From Actinomycetota bacterium (GTDB taxonomy: Bacteria > Actinomycetota > UBA4738 > HRBIN12): a DNA stretch of 64,000 nt. The notes beneath the pieces were generated by a model. That model was given only the letters and a program-made list of their open reading frames with translations, made no database searches and was not told the origin of the DNA. Positions 19,208-28,016 of the stretch are shown piece after piece. The stretch's first letter is position 1. Each line of letters begins with the position of its first letter. Both the position numbers and the translations under genes were made by a program. The stretch is from contig VAYU01000023.1 of NCBI GenBank assembly GCA_005884925.1, positions 138,883 through 202,882 of the forward strand, written 5' to 3'.

Positions 19208-20857
19208 ATGCTACCTTCGGGCATCGTGGATGACGGCAAGCGAAAGCCCGGCAGCTCAGCAACCGGGTTGCGAGCGCCGCTGTTCGCGGGCCTCGGTATC
19301 CTCTCCATGGCGATCGTTGCGGCGACCCCTGGCTCGCCGTACCAGCCGCTGCTGACGCCGCGTGGGCAGCCGCACGGGATCCTGCGAGACGTCGCTGTGG
19401 CGCTCCACCTCGACCGTTTCCAGGGCGATCCGCTGCTCGCGATCGGGGTCGCGGCGACCCTGTTCGCGACCGCCGCGTTCCTCCTGTTGTTGCGCGAGGC
19501 CTTCCGCGGGACGGTGTCGGTCCGGGCGGTCGCGGTCCTGGTGGTCGCCGCGCACGCGGTGTTGCTCTTGGTGCCCTTGCTCTTCTCACGCGACGTCTAC
19601 TCGTACGCGTTCTACGGCCGGATCGCGGGTATCTACGGAGGCAACCCCTACGTCCAGACGCCCCTCGATCACTCGAGCGACATCCTGTGGAACTTCGTGG
19701 GTCCCCAGTGGGTCGACACCCCGGCCTACTACGGGCCCGCGTGGACGTCGTTCTCCGCGATGCTGTCGAAGGTCCTCACTCGGCCCATCGACCAAGTCGA
19801 GGCATACCGGTTCATCTCGATCGCGGCGAGCCTCTCGACCTGCGGGGTGATCGCCTGGGTCGTCCGAGGAGCCCGGCCGCAGCGGACCGCATTCGCGCTT
19901 GCTGCGTTCGGCGCCAACCCAGTCGTACTGTTCCATGCGGCCGCGAGTGGGCACAACGATCTGCTCGTCGCGCTCGCGATCGTGAGCGCATACGCGTTGC
20001 TGGTTTCCAAGCGCGAGCCGGCGGCGGTCGCCGTCCTCACGCTCGCGGCACTCATCAAGGTGACCGCGGTCCTTCCGCTCATCCTCCTGCTGGTCTGGTC
20101 CGTGGCGCATCGAGCGCGCGAGGAGCGGCGCGCCGTGTTCGTGTCACGGGTCGGTCTCTCCGCCGGGATCGGGCTGTTCTTCGCATGGCCGTACGTCCAG
20201 ACGCGCGATCCGACGCTCGGGATGTTCGGGTTGGCGGGTCAGACAGGATGGTTCGCGCCGCCAAGGGTGGTCGCGCGCGCGGTCGACGCGATGACCTTCC
20301 ATACCTTGGGGTGGGCGGTGAGGCTCGGCGCATTGACCCTGTTGGCGTGGGGCGTCTGGTCGTTGGCCCGAGCGGTGTGGCGCCGCGCTCCGACCGGGAG
20401 CATGTCGGGACAGGAGCAAGCCGCGGTGTGGGGGTGGGCACTGGTGCTCCTCCTGCTCCTCGGGCCCATCCTGCTCCCGTGGTACGTCGTGTGGGGGCTG
20501 CCCCTGGTGTGGGCGCTCCCGCGGGTGCCGAGGACCGCTCTGCTCGCGACGAGCTCGATGCTCGGCGTCACGTTGTGGTCGACCGAGGCGCTGCGCTACC
20601 CGGGCGCGTTCGACCTGAACCTCCTGGTCGGATATCTCGTCGTCGTCCCCGTGCTCCTGGTGATGCTGCTGCTAGTCGTCCGGGACCTCAGCTCGCGGAT
20701 CGAACACGGTCGTCTGCTCGAAGATGTTCCGTCGCCCGCGCCGACGATGCTCGCCGGCGAGACGGAGAGCGAGGAGCGCATATCCGATCCCGCCGGCGAG
20801 GGCGCAAGCCAGACTGGCTACCCTCTCTCGACCGAGATCCACGCGCAGGAGGGCTAG
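19208..20857 (+). CDS. polytopic membrane glycosyltransferase-like protein (GT-C fold, DUF2029/GT87-like), paralog B
   Basis: Shares LLFSRDVYSYAFYGRIAGIYGGNPYV, HNDLLVA and an aligned N-terminus (ATPGSPYQPLL vs ATPNSPFYPLL) with 10797..12479. The likely start is ATG 19208 (MLPSGIV...). The track ORF extends 111 charged junk codons further to 18875. GAGGTG lies immediately upstream. Confidence 0.65.
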   Translation: MLPSGIVDDGKRKPGSSATGLRAPLFAGLGILSMAIVAATPGSPYQPLLTPRGQPHGILRDVAVALHLDRFQGDPLLAIGVAATLFATAAFLLLLREAFRGTVSVRAVAVLVVAAHAVLLLVPLLFSRDVYSYAFYGRIAGIYGGNPYVQTPLDHSSDILWNFVGPQWVDTPAYYGPAWTSFSAMLSKVLTRPIDQVEAYRFISIAASLSTCGVIAWVVRGARPQRTAFALAAFGANPVVLFHAAASGHNDLLVALAIVSAYALLVSKREPAAVAVLTLAALIKVTAVLPLILLLVWSVAHRAREERRAVFVSRVGLSAGIGLFFAWPYVQTRDPTLGMFGLAGQTGWFAPPRVVARAVDAMTFHTLGWAVRLGALTLLAWGVWSLARAVWRRAPTGSMSGQEQAAVWGWALVLLLLLGPILLPWYVVWGLPLVWALPRVPRTALLATSSMLGVTLWSTEALRYPGAFDLNLLVGYLVVVPVLLVMLLLVVRDLSSRIEHGRLLEDVPSPAPTMLAGETESEERISDPAGEGASQTGYPLSTEIHAQEG

Positions 20858-22657
20858 CCCGAGCGCGACGAGCGTCAGGATCGCCGATCCGAAGGCTGGC
20901 GAGATGGCGAGCGCGATGGGAGCGTCACGGAAGGACCGACCGAGCGCCCACCACGCCCAGCCGGCGCCGATCACGATCAGCAGGAGGAACGTTCGGATCG
21001 TCGCGTGCGCGATCGTCGAGGCATCGGATGCGGAGAGCTCTCCAACGCCGGTACGGAGGGATCCGTTGATGGGGACGTTCGTCGCGATCGTGCCGTTCCA
21101 CGTCGTGAGGCCGGGCGTCATCATCACGCCAGGGTCGCGGTCGAGCTCTCGCACGACGAAGATCGCGCGGGGACCATCCGGGATCTGGGCGAGGGAGTCA
21201 GCAGACGCTCGGTCGTACACGGGGTCGCCGCGCTGTGTCGGGCGTCCTGCCAACAGGTCCTCCGCTCGTCCGAGGAAGATCCAGACGTCCGCAGCGCGGT
21301 CCGGGGGGAGGGCCGCGCGGACCGTATTGAGGCCATGCGAGAGTCGAAAGAGCGCGTAGTCGATCGCGGGGTCATCTGCGACGAAGACGAGCGGGGTCCC
21401 GGGCGCCGTCGTCGCAGCGATCCTACCGGCGATCGTCAGTTCGCTGAGTTCGTCCGGTGACACGTAGGTCAGCTGCGCGCGCCAGTCCCGTATGGCCGGC
21501 GCGACGATCAGCGTGACGAGCACGATCCCGATCGGCCAGGCGAGCCACGGGCGGCCGATCCGGTCGCCGATCCACACGAGGCCGAACCCGGCGAGGATCG
21601 GCAGGCAGAAGGCGAACGTGAGGATCCGATCGGGCGGATACCAGCCGGTCAGTACGCCGAGCGGCACCGCCGCGGCGGTGACGAGCGCCCATGCGACGAG
21701 GAACCGCCGCGCGAAGCCGCGCGCGCGGACGCCGCCGGCGACCGCGAGCGCGGTCGTCATGAACGGCGCGTACCGTCGCCAGTTCTGGACGAGCCGGTTG
21801 ACGTAGACGGTGCGGAGCTCGACCCACTGCCCGGTCCGTCGCAGCATCGCGTCCAGCGATGTGTCCCCGGCGAGCCGCGCGGGCCCGACGAGACACGCGA
21901 GGATCCCCCCCAGCACGAGCGCGACGGAGGTGCCGAGCGCGGCAAGGACCCGTCCTGCGTCCGCTCCGGCAGCCGATGGGGCCGGTCGCGCCGCGCTCGG
22001 CGCCGCGCGGCCGTCCCGCCACGACCACGCGGCGGTCGCGACGAGAACGGCGACCGCCAGCACGAAGAACTCCGGGTGAGCGAGGCCGCCGCCCGCCAGG
22101 AGCAACGCCGCCGCCACGGTGGCCCGTCGCGTGCGGCGAGCGAGGCAGGCGGCGGCCGCGAGGAAGGCGGCGACGAGTGCGAGGTTCGCGAGGTACCCGC
22201 CGCCGAGGAACGTGCTCCAGGCACCCGCGAGCACCGCGGCCGCGAGCCACGCCAGCCTGGGTGGCTCGCCGCGGCCGCGCGCGAGCGCGGCCGCGGCGAG
22301 CGCGCTCGCCGGCATCAACGCGTACTGCACCGCCGCGACGGCCGGCACCAACCCGATCCCGAGCGCGGTGGCGACGGTCGGGATGAGCGCCGGCGTGCCG
22401 GGTCGCTCGCCGACGAGCGAGATCCCCTGCGTCGCGCCGACCCGCGACCACCAGAGATAGACGGGCATGTCCGGCCCGACCCCGAACGGGTAGTGGTGCA
22501 CCAGCGTCGGCCACACCGCGACGCGAAGGAACACGGCCCCGAGCACGGCGACGAGCAGCAGGTCGATCGCCGTGCGGGCGGAGCCGGTCCGGATCTCGTG
22601 GGTCGATCCCGTCGTCGCCGTGTCGGTCGTCGTCACGTCGCCGGGCGACCGTATCAC
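20672..22657 (-). CDS. large polytopic membrane protein (approx. 14 TM), possible GT-C glycosyltransferase
   Basis: 661 aa, Ala/Leu-rich TM bundles with a central soluble loop (VSPDELSELTIAGRIAATTAPGTPLVFVADDPAIDYALFRL). Its 3' end overlaps the 3' end of paralog B by 186 nt (convergent). Confidence 0.55.
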   Translation of the reverse strand: MIRSPGDVTTTDTATTGSTHEIRTGSARTAIDLLLVAVLGAVFLRVAVWPTLVHHYPFGVGPDMPVYLWWSRVGATQGISLVGERPGTPALIPTVATALGIGLVPAVAAVQYALMPASALAAAALARGRGEPPRLAWLAAAVLAGAWSTFLGGGYLANLALVAAFLAAAACLARRTRRATVAAALLLAGGGLAHPEFFVLAVAVLVATAAWSWRDGRAAPSAARPAPSAAGADAGRVLAALGTSVALVLGGILACLVGPARLAGDTSLDAMLRRTGQWVELRTVYVNRLVQNWRRYAPFMTTALAVAGGVRARGFARRFLVAWALVTAAAVPLGVLTGWYPPDRILTFAFCLPILAGFGLVWIGDRIGRPWLAWPIGIVLVTLIVAPAIRDWRAQLTYVSPDELSELTIAGRIAATTAPGTPLVFVADDPAIDYALFRLSHGLNTVRAALPPDRAADVWIFLGRAEDLLAGRPTQRGDPVYDRASADSLAQIPDGPRAIFVVRELDRDPGVMMTPGLTTWNGTIATNVPINGSLRTGVGELSASDASTIAHATIRTFLLLIVIGAGWAWWALGRSFRDAPIALAISPAFGSAILTLVALGLALLRVDLGRERVASLACALAGGIGYALLALRLAGEHRRRGRRNIFEQTTVFDPRAEVPDD

Positions 22658-22680
22658 CGCGGCTTAGTAGCATCGCCGCC

Positions 22681-24066
22681 ATGCTGGACCGCGAGCTGGT
22701 CGCCGACGTGCTCATCGCCGCGCGCCGCAAGGGCGGTGACTTCGCGGAGGTCTTCGTCGAGGAACGCTCGTCGACCTCGATCCGCCTGGACGACGGGAGG
22801 GTCGAGGAGCTGACGACCGGCCTCGATCGCGGGGCCGGGGTCCGGGTGGCTCAAGGGACGAGTTACGGCTACGCGCACTCGAACAAGCTCGATCGTGACG
22901 CGCTGCTCGAAGCTGCTGCGGCGGCGAGCGCGGCGCTCCGAGGCGATGCGCCGGGGTCCGTCGTGGACCTGACCGACCGGTTCGGGCCGGGGACCAACCG
23001 TGCGAGCCGCGGGGCGGACACCGTCGCCGCGGCGGACAAGGTCGGGTGGCTCCGCGAGGTCGACGAGGTCGCCCGTGGGCACAGCCCCGAGGTGACGCAG
23101 GTCACCGGGATCTACTTCGACTCCCTCCAGCGGCGGCTCATCGCGGCCTCGGACGGCCGGTGGGTCGACGAGGAGCGGCCGCGGATCCGGCTGGTCGCGC
23201 AGGTCGTCGCGAAGCGCGGCGACGTGATCCAGACCGGATGGGACGGGCCGGCCGCGTGCGCGGGCGTCGAGTTCCTCGACGCCCATCCGCCGCGCGTCAC
23301 CGCCGAACGGGCGGCGACGCGCGCCGTCACGATGCTCGACTCGATCCCCGCGCCAGCCGGCGAGATGGCGGTCGTCGTCGCGAACGGCTGCGGTGGTGTC
23401 CTGTTCCATGAGGCGGTCGGGCACCCGCTCGAGGCCGACGCCGTCGACAAGGAGGCGTCCGTGTATCGCGCACTCGTCGGTGAACGGTGCGCGAGCGAGC
23501 TGATCGATGGGGTCGACGACGCGACGATCCCGAACGGCTGGGGCTCGTACGACTTCGATGACGAGGGGGAGCCCGCCCAACGGACCGAGCTGTTCCGCGC
23601 CGGCGTGCTCCAGGGGTTCCTCCAGGACCGGCTCCGCGCGGCCAAGATGGGCGTCCAGCCCACCGCGAACGGTCGGCGCGAGTCCTACGCACATCCGCCG
23701 ATCGTGCGGATGACCAACACGAACATCCTGCCCGGCAAAGAGGACCCCGACCAGATCCTCCGCTCGACGGCGCACGGGATCTACGTCCGCGGGCTCGGCG
23801 GCGGACAGGTCAACCCGGCGACCGGCGATTTCGTGTTCGGTGTCTCCGAGGGGTACCTGATCGAGAACGGTCAGGTCACGACCCCGGTCCGGGGTGCCAA
23901 CCTGATCGGACGCGCGATCGAGGTCATGAGCTCCGTCGACGTCATCGGGAGCGACTTCGAAACCTGGGAAGGCGTCTGTGGCAAGGACGGCCAAGGGGCG
24001 CCGGTGGGCAGCGGATCGCCGACGCTGCGGATCTCCAAGATCACGGTCGGAGGCACCGGTGCCTGA
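22681..24066 (+). CDS. tldD: metalloprotease TldD
   Basis: 461 aa, with an HEAVGHPLE zinc motif (FHEAVGHPLEAD) and TldD/PmbA C-terminal GGQVNPATGDF. Confidence 0.85.
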   Translation: MLDRELVADVLIAARRKGGDFAEVFVEERSSTSIRLDDGRVEELTTGLDRGAGVRVAQGTSYGYAHSNKLDRDALLEAAAAASAALRGDAPGSVVDLTDRFGPGTNRASRGADTVAAADKVGWLREVDEVARGHSPEVTQVTGIYFDSLQRRLIAASDGRWVDEERPRIRLVAQVVAKRGDVIQTGWDGPAACAGVEFLDAHPPRVTAERAATRAVTMLDSIPAPAGEMAVVVANGCGGVLFHEAVGHPLEADAVDKEASVYRALVGERCASELIDGVDDATIPNGWGSYDFDDEGEPAQRTELFRAGVLQGFLQDRLRAAKMGVQPTANGRRESYAHPPIVRMTNTNILPGKEDPDQILRSTAHGIYVRGLGGGQVNPATGDFVFGVSEGYLIENGQVTTPVRGANLIGRAIEVMSSVDVIGSDFETWEGVCGKDGQGAPVGSGSPTLRISKITVGGTGA

Positions 24067-25402
24067 TCTGGGAACGCTGGTCCATGCGGCGCTCGACGCC
24101 GCTGACGAGGACGAGCAGGTCGAAGCGTACGCCGAGGAGGCGCGCCAGACCGAGGTGAGCGCGCTCCGGAGCGAGATCGAAGGCATGACGTTCGCGGAAT
24201 CACGCGGGCTCGGCGTCCGCGTGATCCGTGAGGGACGGCTCGGCTACGCGTGGGCCGCCGACCCCTCGGAGGACGAGGCGCGCGAGACGGTCTGGCGGGC
24301 GCGCGAGAACGCCGCCCTCTCCGAGCCGGATGAGCACAACGCGCTGCCCGAACCCCAGACAGCCGAGGCGATGCCCGAGATCTTCCGCGAACAGAGCGTC
24401 GCCGTCGCGGCCGACGACAAGGTTCGGATGGCTATGGAGCTCGAGGCGTACACCGTCTCGCGCGATCCGCGCGTGTCCAAGGTCGACCTGGCACAGGTCG
24501 GGGACGCGGTCTCGCGCGTCGCGATCGCTTCGACGACCGGGGTCGACGTCGAGTACGCCCGGACGGACGCGTGGGCCGTCGTCGTCACGCTCGCGGTCGA
24601 CGGTGACGAGACGCAGACGGGCTTCTCCTACGCGATCACGCGCGGGCTCGACGCGCTCACGTGGGAGCCGGTCGCGGACGAGGCGGTCGCGCGCGCCGTG
24701 AAGATGCTCGGGGCCGTCAAGCCGCCCACGGCCAGGGTGGCGGTGGCGCTCGACCCGTTCGCGGCTTCGAGCTTCCTCGGGGTGCTCGCCGGTGCGCTCA
24801 ACGCCGAGAACGTGTTGAAGGGGAGGTCGCTCTTCGCCGACATGGTCGGTCGAGCCGTCGGTTCCTACGCGTTCACGCTCGTCGATGACGGGCGTCGGCT
24901 CGATGGGCCCGGGGCGTGCCCGTTCGATGCGGAAGGCGTGCCGAGCGGTCGGACCGAGCTGTTCACCGGTGGAACGTTGAACGGGTTCCTGCATGACACG
25001 TACACGGCGCGGCGCGCCGGCGGAGGCCAGCGATCCACCGGCAACGCCAAGCGCGGTGGCTACCGGTCCACGCCGGGCGTCGGGACGTCGAACTTCTTCG
25101 TGGATCCCGGGACGCTTTCCTACGACCAGCTCCTGGCGAAGGCCGAGGGCGGCGTGTTGATCATGGAGGTCTCGGGGGTGCACTCCGGGGCGAACCCGAT
25201 CAGCGGCGAGTTCAGCGTCGGCGCGACCGGCCTGCGGGTCGACGGCGGAGCCACGGGCGAGCCGCTCCGCGAGATGACGATCGCCTCGACCCTTCCGGAG
25301 ATGCTTGCGGGTATCGCGGGGATCGGCAGCGACCTCCGGTTCTTCTCGAGCGTCGGCACGCCGTCGATCCTGATCGGGGAGATGACCCTCGCCGGCGTCT
25401 GA
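24059..25402 (+). CDS. pmbA: metalloprotease PmbA/TldE (TldD partner)
   Basis: TldD/PmbA-family homolog without the HExxH motif. The likely start is GTG 24059 (VPDLGTLVHAAL), overlapping the tldD stop by 8 nt. The track ORF begins at 23978 inside tldD. Confidence 0.8.
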   Translation: MPDLGTLVHAALDAADEDEQVEAYAEEARQTEVSALRSEIEGMTFAESRGLGVRVIREGRLGYAWAADPSEDEARETVWRARENAALSEPDEHNALPEPQTAEAMPEIFREQSVAVAADDKVRMAMELEAYTVSRDPRVSKVDLAQVGDAVSRVAIASTTGVDVEYARTDAWAVVVTLAVDGDETQTGFSYAITRGLDALTWEPVADEAVARAVKMLGAVKPPTARVAVALDPFAASSFLGVLAGALNAENVLKGRSLFADMVGRAVGSYAFTLVDDGRRLDGPGACPFDAEGVPSGRTELFTGGTLNGFLHDTYTARRAGGGQRSTGNAKRGGYRSTPGVGTSNFFVDPGTLSYDQLLAKAEGGVLIMEVSGVHSGANPISGEFSVGATGLRVDGGATGEPLREMTIASTLPEMLAGIAGIGSDLRFFSSVGTPSILIGEMTLAGV

Positions 25403-25414
25403 GCAGGCCTGGTC

Positions 25415-26254
25415 TCAGATCGTCGCCGAGCGAACGCCGGTCGCGATGAGCAAAAGGATGATCGCCGCGGCGGCGAGTCGGTAGACCATGAAGACGAAGA
25501 AGTCGTGGCGCCGCAGGTACCGCAGGAGGAACCAGATCACCACGAAGCCGCTGATCGCGGATGCCACGAAGCCCCAGAAGAACTGGACGCCGTACCCCTG
25601 GAACCCGTCGCGCAGCAGACCGACACCCTTGTAGACGCCGGCGCCCGCGATGATCGGGATCGCCAGCAGGAACGAGAAGCGGGCGGCCGCCTCGCGGTCG
25701 ATCCCGATCGCGCGTGCTGCGGTGATCGTCACGCCGGAACGAGAGACGCCGGGTTGCAACGCCAGCGCCTGGGCCGCCCCCAGGAACAAGCCGGTCCGAG
25801 GTTCGACGGATCCGAGATCGCGATCGCTCCGGCACACGCGGTCCACCACATAGAGGATCACGCCGAAGACCGCAAGCATCACGGCGATCAGCCACGGCTG
25901 GCCGAGCGTGTCTTCGATCGCGCTCTCGAACAAGGCGCCCGCCACCGCCCCGGGGATCGTGCCGATCACGAGCGCCCATGCGAGCCGTTCGTCCACCGTC
26001 CGGATCGACCGGGCCCGGACCGACGCGATCCACGCCCTGAAGTACCGCCAGAGGTCGCTGCGGAAATAGATCACGGCCCCGAGCAGCGTTCCGACATGCA
26101 GCGCGACATCGAAGGTCTTGTTGAGCGCCGGGTCCTGGACGATCGACCACCCGAACAGCCACGGGACCAGGATCAGATGTCCACTGCTGGAGACGGGGGC
26201 GAACTCCGTGATGCCCTGGGTGATCCCCAGGACGATCGCCTGCAGGATCGTCAC
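25415..26254 (-). CDS. uppP: undecaprenyl-diphosphate phosphatase UppP (BacA)
   Basis: ILQAIVLGITQGITEFAPVSSSGHLIL..., PGVSRSGVTI. The likely start is GTG 26254 (VTILQ), with a GGAAGGA SD 8 nt upstream. The track ORF extends 66 Pro/Arg-rich codons further. Confidence 0.85.
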   Translation of the reverse strand: MTILQAIVLGITQGITEFAPVSSSGHLILVPWLFGWSIVQDPALNKTFDVALHVGTLLGAVIYFRSDLWRYFRAWIASVRARSIRTVDERLAWALVIGTIPGAVAGALFESAIEDTLGQPWLIAVMLAVFGVILYVVDRVCRSDRDLGSVEPRTGLFLGAAQALALQPGVSRSGVTITAARAIGIDREAAARFSFLLAIPIIAGAGVYKGVGLLRDGFQGYGVQFFWGFVASAISGFVVIWFLLRYLRRHDFFVFMVYRLAAAAIILLLIATGVRSATI

Positions 26255-26288
26255 GCGCGCGTCCTTCCGGTCGGGAGGCGCGCCGAGT

Positions 26289-26990
26289 CTATCCGGAGGT
26301 CGGTTCGCTTCCGGGTGACGGGGATGGAGATGGTGTAGCGCCGGCGTCCGGACCGCGGGCAACGAGCGCGAGGGTTCCGGTCGCGTCCGCCTGGAGCAAC
26401 TGACGCGCGGTCGCGGCGTCGACGTCGAGGGTGACCATGGTCGCGGCGTCACCCAAGACGCTCGTCGCGGCGTCGATGCGTAATACGCGAAGATCCTCGC
26501 CGACGAGCTCGGTGAACGGTCGAGCGCCGCCGAAGGTGGCGAACACGTCGACCCGGTCTGCGGTCGTCAGGCCTTGAGGGACGGAGGCGAACCCCGCGGT
26601 CACGACCAGGCGTCCCGGTCCCACGCTCCCAGCGAGCAGGCTGCGACCGAGCCGCGAAACGGAGAGAGCCTCGCCCTCCGCGATGGCGGTCTGGGCGACC
26701 AGGCCGACCGCAGCATCCACCGACGGGACCGATCGCGGCGGGACGAACGCGGTGGGCATCTGGCTGAGCCCAAGGTCGGCGGCCGTGAGCGTGGCGCCGG
26801 CCTCGATGTCGTGGGTGGCGATCGTCACGCCGACGCGTGGCTCTGTGAGCGCTCGGTCGCCGGACGCGCGCGACGCATCGGCCCGAACCAGGAGGAACGA
26901 GGCGACCCCGCAGGCCGCCGCGACGGTGAGGAAGATCTTGGAGGACAACGGCAGCTTGCGTCGCAGCGAGAACGTCGGGACTATGCGCAT
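26289..26990 (-). CDS. CpaB/RcpC-like SAF-domain protein (Flp-pilus assembly family), solitary
   Basis: N-terminal TM (IFLTVAAACGVASFLLV), a SAF domain (VTIATHDIEAGATLTAADL...AIAEGEALSVSRL) and a CpaB C-terminal domain. Start taken as ATG 26990. Confidence 0.5.
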   Translation of the reverse strand: MRIVPTFSLRRKLPLSSKIFLTVAAACGVASFLLVRADASRASGDRALTEPRVGVTIATHDIEAGATLTAADLGLSQMPTAFVPPRSVPSVDAAVGLVAQTAIAEGEALSVSRLGRSLLAGSVGPGRLVVTAGFASVPQGLTTADRVDVFATFGGARPFTELVGEDLRVLRIDAATSVLGDAATMVTLDVDAATARQLLQADATGTLALVARGPDAGATPSPSPSPGSEPTSG

Positions 26991-27039
26991 CCCCGGAAGG
27001 TACGTGCCAACCGCCAGACCGGCCGTGACCGGGGTCACA

Positions 27040-27222
27040 TCAGTCGACCGGTCGGAGGTGATCCTTCCTCTTGGTGTCGAGCGGAAGGGCCCGGACACGG
27101 AACTCCTCGAGCGCCTCGCGTCCGACGATCATGGCGACCGATTCGCGGATCCGCTCGCCGACCTGCTCTCCGTCGTCCTCGGTCACGAAGACGAGCTCGA
27201 CGCGGATCAACTGACGGGCCAT
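27040..27222 (-). CDS. small acidic hypothetical protein (60 aa), translationally coupled to mtnP
   Basis: MARQLIRVELVFVTEDDGEQVGERIRESVAMIVGREALEEFRVRALPLDTKRKDHLRPVD. Its ATG overlaps the mtnP TGA by 1 nt (TGATG). It appears only as the tail of the Arg-rich artefact ORF 27040..28284. Confidence 0.4.
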   Translation of the reverse strand: MARQLIRVELVFVTEDDGEQVGERIRESVAMIVGREALEEFRVRALPLDTKRKDHLRPVD

Positions 27223-28016
27223 CAGTCGTGTCCCGAGCCGCCGAGGGCGTGCGAACAATCGCAGCCGCTCCGGTCCTCCGGCACTCGAGGGATGGCCGCG
27301 AATAGCAGGTCGCGGAGCTTGTCGAGGTTCTCGCCGAACACCTTCAGCACCTCCGCATGGGAGACGGGCGCGATGCCGTCCACGCCGACGTCGTAGTCCG
27401 TCACGAGGGCGACGTTCGCGAAGCACAGCTCGAGCTCCTTCGCGAGCGCGGCCTCCGGGAACTGCGTCATCCCGATCACGTCGCCACCGACGGTCGCGAA
27501 CATCTTGGATTCGGCTCGCGTCGAGAACCGGGGTCCCTCGATCACCACCATCGTCCCGCCGACGCGGTGGTCGATCCCGAGCTCGACGGAGGCGCCGACC
27601 AGGCCCTGACGCAGCACCGGGCAGTACGGGTCGGCGAACGACACGTGCGTGGTGATCGGCCCGTCGAAGAAGGTGTTCTCGCGGGACTTCGTGAGATCGA
27701 TCGCCTGGTCGCACACGACGAACGTGCGCGGCGGGATGTCGCGGCGGAGCGAACCGGCCGCCGAGGGGCCGAACAGCCGGGTGACGCCGAGCTCTTTCAT
27801 CGCCCAGACGTTCGCGCGGTACGGGACCCGATGCGGGGGGAACTCGTGGTCCTTCCCATGTCGCGGGATGAAGGCGACGCGCCGTCCGGCGATCGACCCC
27901 ACCGTGACCGCGGCCGCCGGCTTCCCGTACGGCGTGTCGACGAGGATCTCCTCGGGATCGTCGAGGAACGCGTAGAACCCAGAGCCGCCGAAGACCCCGA
28001 TCTCGGCCGTGGTCAT
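27222..28016 (-). CDS. mtnP: S-methyl-5'-thioadenosine phosphorylase (MTAP, PNP family)
   Basis: IGVFGGSGFY...RHGKDHEFPPHRVPYRANVWAMKELGV...GMTQFPEAALAKELELCFANVALVTDYD. The start is ATG 28016, with a GAAGGAAGGA SD. It overlaps the fmdB stop (ATGA). Confidence 0.85.
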   Translation of the reverse strand: MTTAEIGVFGGSGFYAFLDDPEEILVDTPYGKPAAAVTVGSIAGRRVAFIPRHGKDHEFPPHRVPYRANVWAMKELGVTRLFGPSAAGSLRRDIPPRTFVVCDQAIDLTKSRENTFFDGPITTHVSFADPYCPVLRQGLVGASVELGIDHRVGGTMVVIEGPRFSTRAESKMFATVGGDVIGMTQFPEAALAKELELCFANVALVTDYDVGVDGIAPVSHAEVLKVFGENLDKLRDLLFAAIPRVPEDRSGCDCSHALGGSGHD

